This document shows positions 60,240-64,000 of a stretch of 64,000 nt of DNA, piece by piece. This DNA comes from Negativicutes bacterium. GTDB taxonomy: Bacteria > Bacillota > Negativicutes > UBA1444. Location of the stretch: positions 384,001 to 448,000 of the forward strand of contig CAXXIN010000018.1 in the NCBI GenBank assembly GCA_963665275.2, given 5' to 3'. The position numbers were made by a program, and so were the translations under genes. Under the pieces are notes generated by a model, which saw only the letters and a program-made list of their open reading frames with translations, was not told the DNA's origin and did no database searches. Within the stretch, counting starts at the first letter, position 1. Each line of letters starts with the position of its first letter.

Positions 60240-60735
60240 GTGAACGCCTTGCTTTTTGCGATGTCGATGGAAAAATCCATCGATGACAATCTTAAAAATC
60301 TGCAGGGAAATTGCTCGCCTGAGTTACAGTCGGTTTTGGCGCAATTGATCTTGTTTCAACATGAGTTTGAGCAAATTTTGCTACAGTTTCAATCGCTGGA
60401 AAGCGGAGTGGGCCTGCCCACAATCGATCCCGTTCGAATGGTTGGCAATGACGAATTGTGGAACTCTCTGAGCAATCAATTCCAACCAGCCTCGTTGCCA
60501 TCTGCTGCAGATTATATGGTACTTTGCTCAGTACATGCGATGCTGGACAAAAACGGCGCAATTTTATCTGCAGACGGCCAAAAATATTGAACAAGCTCCG
60601 CAGCGTTTGTTGTTAAGTTCTATTGCGGAAATGAAATTGATGCTCCGCCGTCGTTTCGATGGCATAGAGAGGGTTGTGGCTAATCAGGTCTGGAATGCTG
60701 TGGGCTTTCCGCCGGGAATGCTCGCCAAAGAATAA
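60240..60735 (+). CDS. Hypothetical helical, possibly ferritin-like, protein (frameshifted)
   Basis: ORFs 60240 and 60535 join; FAMSMEK..AQFYLQTAK..LLSSIAEMK pattern. Confidence 0.5.
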
Positions 60736-60790
60736 GGTTAGTTTATCGGGGGGCCGTTCAGGTCCCCCGTATATTTCAGGAGGTACGGCG

Positions 60791-62409
60791 ATGTCCGACG
60801 GTTCGGAAATGGAAGTAAAGCTGGCGGTAGCTGATTCACGTCTTTTTGATCTTATTGTGGCCCATCCTGAAATTTGTGCCATGAAAATGGGAACCGGATC
60901 GGTTACTCAGTCTTTCGAAGCGCTCTATTACGATACACCTGGTTTTGCACTGCAACAGAACGGTATCGCTTATCGAGTCCGTCATGAAGGTGAACAGTGG
61001 ATTGCTACCGTCAAAATTGATATTGAAAGCGGTGGAGGTTTCTCGAACCGAGAAGAATGGAACGAGCCTGTTGAAGGGCCGGAACCTTCCCTTAAACCAT
61101 TTATTGGGACTTATATAGGCGACCGGCTTCTAATGGCCGTGGGCCAAGAACGCTTCCAATTGCTTTTTTCCACGCGCTTTATGAGGACAGTTACGATGCT
61201 TTTGACGCCAAATGGCTCTCAGATCGAAATGGCGATGGATCGCGGAACGATCTGGAGCGGCATGGAAGGAACCCCCATCAGCGAATTGGAGCTGGAATTA
61301 AAATCCGGCACAATTAGTGATCTGCTTCAGTTGGCGGGCTGGATCGCCGGTCAGTGGCATCTGTTGCCTGAGGCAAAGAGCAAGTTTGCGCGTGGTCTGG
61401 AACTTTTGCGCAGCAATTCGCCGGGCATCCCGAGCTTTTTTCCGGACAACCAACAAAAAGAAATACCCAAACCAACGACAATCGCCTTGTCGAACTATTC
61501 TATCGGTAGTATTTTTGCCAGTCAGAAGCGCCTATTGACCGAACAGGCCGCCTCTGAAAGCGTGCGCGAACTCCGAATCCAAATCCGCAGCCTGCGTTCT
61601 CTCTTGAAATTTCTTCAGCCGACTCTCGCAAAGGAGGAACGGCAACTTCATTATGAACAAAAATGCGGCAGTGGGGGAACACTGCTTGGAAGTATTCGGG
61701 ATATTGATATTCTTGTAGCTGCCTGGAATAAATTTTTCTGTTCATTTTAACCCGGTCTTTTCTTCATCAGAGTATTGGCTGGACACCCTGAAAGGGAGAG
61801 AAGATCTTTCCTGATGGAAGAGGTCGTGCATCGAATCGAGCAGGGGGGAACTGACGAAACAAATTTTCGCAACTGCAGAGCTGGCTTTATCAGGAAAATG
61901 AACAACTAGCCAACGAAGAAGAGGAGCAGCCGTCTGATAGTCAGCTGTTAAAAATGTTATTGGAGGCAATAAAAGAACTGCGCGAAGATATTCGCGCAGT
62001 GGAATGTACGTCTGAAATTAAAACGATTCATCGTCTCCGGATTCGCATCAAACAATTACGATACGTACAGGAGACCCTCAATAGGGTTGTACGTTTACGT
62101 GATGAGGAATTCACCGGTGCTCTGAAAAAGACGCAATCTTACCTGGGTAAAGTCCATGACAATTATCAAATAAAATGGTTGCTGGAGAAATTCGATGCAA
62201 GCAATATCGACCAAAAGCTATCCCTGGAAAAAGAATTGTTCATAAGTTGGTGCAACCGCGACACCACGGAGTATTTAATCAATTTGCCAAAGGTGACTGA
62301 ATCGTTTCGCCGGGCGGCAAAGCTCCGTTTAGGCACGTTGACGGCGCTGCGAACAAACAGAAGGACAAAGTCGGGCCATCACCCCAGCGCGCATGAACCA
62401 GGCAAGTGA
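60791..62409 (+). CDS. CYTH + CHAD domain protein (several frameshifts)
   Basis: EMEVKL, YYDTP, AYRVR and ELELEL (CYTH); ELRIQIRSLRS, IRDIDI and IHRLRIRIKQLRY (CHAD). Confidence 0.85.
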
Positions 62410-62844
62410 TCCTGTCAGCTGCTCGGTATTTTCGAACAGAATGGAGGCTGCGCTGGCAGGATGAAAAACCAGGGAGGCATCGCTCATTTTTTCAGTCCAG
62501 TCACTCATCATGGGTTCATGTCCAACAATGACCAGTAAGTCCAGCGAGGGAAGTTTTCGCCATTCCATTTGCAAATCGGTCAAGATTCCCTCAGCAATAG
62601 CATCCATAACCTGAACTTTGGCTTTTTTTCCGATAGCTGAACGCAAAATTTCAGCAGTCTGCTGAGTTCGGACTGCCGGGCTGGTCCAAATTAAAACATC
62701 ACGACCATGAAACAGGCAATTCGTCAATCCACGCGCTGCCTGTTTCACTTTTTTTCGTCCAACGGAAGTGAGTTCGCGTTCAAAATCCGATTTTGCGTCA
62801 GATCGGGTTTCTGCTTTTCCATGACGCATTAATACCAGCTCCAT
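62329..62844 (-). CDS. sixA: SixA-like histidine phosphatase
   Basis: LMRHGKAE, RELT, TSPAVRTQQTA and VGHEP. Confidence 0.88.
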   Translation of the reverse strand: MELVLMRHGKAETRSDAKSDFERELTSVGRKKVKQAARGLTNCLFHGRDVLIWTSPAVRTQQTAEILRSAIGKKAKVQVMDAIAEGILTDLQMEWRKLPSLDLLVIVGHEPMMSDWTEKMSDASLVFHPASAASILFENTEQLTGSLAWFMRAGVMARLCPSVCSQRRQRA

Positions 62845-64000
62845 CAGATTGCCCTCCATTATCGTCATTTATCGGCTGTACAAGAGGCTGAAGCTGCCAG
62901 GTGGGCAACTCGGCTGCAGCTGCATTTTCGCGTGCGCGACGCACCATTTCATCCTGGGCGTTAATTTTGGGTTTTGCACCGGCTTTACGGCGCCGGTAGG
63001 TACCGTTCGATTTCATTTCATGTGATTTTTGATTGTCCGACATCAACAATTCAAGAATTTCCAGGATACGGTTTCGATGATATTCCATTTCCACCGGAAA
63101 AAAGAGTTCCACCCGGCTGTTCAAATTTCGCGGCATCCAATCAGCACTGGACAAATAGCACTTTTCCTCTCCGCCGCCGTTGAAATAGAAGACGCGACTG
63201 TGTTCCAAGAAGCGCCCCACGATACTACGAACTTTAATATTTGAGCTGACTCCGGGAACGCCCGGGCGGAGGACGCAAATTCCTCGCACAATCAAATCAA
63301 TGGTTACTCCCGCCGCGGAGGCCTCATACAGTTGCTGCACGATATCTTTGTCAACAAGGGAATTCATTTTGGCAATGATTCGTGCCGGTTTCCCCGCACG
63401 CGCGAATAGGATTTCCTGGTCGATCAGCTCGACGATCCTGTCACGCAGGCCCAGCGGAGCTACCGCAATTTTGTTCCAGACCGGCGGATCAGAGTAACCG
63501 GTAAGAACGTTGAAAAAACCTGACGCATCAACACCGAACTGATCATTGGCGGTAAAAAGGCCCAGATCGGTATAAATTCGGGCGGTTGTATCGTTATAGT
63601 TACCGGTGCCCATGTGAACGTAGCGGCGAATGCCGCCTCCTTCCCTTCGCACTACGAGGCACATCTTGGCATGTGTTTTTAATCCCACTAGCCCGTAGAT
63701 TACATGACACCCGGCTTCTTCCAAGCGTCTGGCCCACAAGATATTGTTCTCCTCATCAAATCGCGCCATGATTTCAACCACAACCGTCACTTGTTTTCCA
63801 TTTTCAGCCGCCTGGGCAAGCGCCCGAACAATAGGGGAATTGCCGCTTACACGGTATAACGTCTGCTTAATTGCCAGAACATTCGGGTCATCGGCTGCTT
63901 GCCGAACAAAATCAATCACCGGACGAAAAGATTCGTAGGGATGATGGAGTAAGACATCCTGTTCTCGTATGGCGTCAAACATATTCTCATGATGCAATAA
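62798..64000 (-). CDS. ppk1: Polyphosphate kinase 1, 5'-truncated by the window edge
   Basis: LLHHPYESF, IKQTLYR, ARFDE, KTHAK, GTGNYN, RFLEHSR and SSADWM. Confidence 0.96.
   Translation of the reverse strand, partial: LLHHENMFDAIREQDVLLHHPYESFRPVIDFVRQAADDPNVLAIKQTLYRVSGNSPIVRALAQAAENGKQVTVVVEIMARFDEENNILWARRLEEAGCHVIYGLVGLKTHAKMCLVVRREGGGIRRYVHMGTGNYNDTTARIYTDLGLFTANDQFGVDASGFFNVLTGYSDPPVWNKIAVAPLGLRDRIVELIDQEILFARAGKPARIIAKMNSLVDKDIVQQLYEASAAGVTIDLIVRGICVLRPGVPGVSSNIKVRSIVGRFLEHSRVFYFNGGGEEKCYLSSADWMPRNLNSRVELFFPVEMEYHRNRILEILELLMSDNQKSHEMKSNGTYRRRKAGAKPKINAQDEMVRRARENAAAAELPTWQLQPLVQPINDDNGGQSDGAGINASWKSRNPI

Noticed and set aside
1-64000. CRISPR array, tRNA, rRNA, prophage or integrase
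   Set aside because: No regularly spaced repeats, cloverleaf or rRNA signatures, or phage/recombinase ORFs were seen by eye.

Overview
Chromosomal window from an anaerobic, probably diderm Firmicute (Negativicutes/Sporomusaceae-like, inferred from gene content and order). The core blocks are dapF-dapL-yicC-remA-gmk-rpoZ-coaBC-(SAM-I riboswitch)-metK and priA-def-fmt-DUF116-rsmB-rlmN-pknB-rsgA-rpe-(FMN riboswitch)-ribDE/BA/H-hslO, followed by rpmB, recG and a polyphosphate cluster. About 31 kb of accessory DNA lies between metK and priA. It holds a tungsten AOR/cofactor/TupABC operon, an ECF sigma/anti-sigma pair divergent from a secreted vWA (YfbK-like) gene, a sugar ABC operon with a hexulose-phosphate-synthase-like gene, an IS200, a T-box-controlled liv operon, an IS30 relic, panB-MFS and a secreted beta-propeller. 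Best novelty candidate: the vWA protein appears to carry an STN (secretin/TonB N-terminal signalling)-like domain, and both divergent genes have a mirror-image GTTAC-N16-CGTT ECF-type promoter. This suggests an envelope-signalling system that lacks the usual TonB-dependent receptor. Many genes, including essential ones, carry small indel frameshifts that look like sequencing errors. No CRISPR array, rRNA or tRNA was seen. All calls come from reading the sequence by eye; no searches were run.
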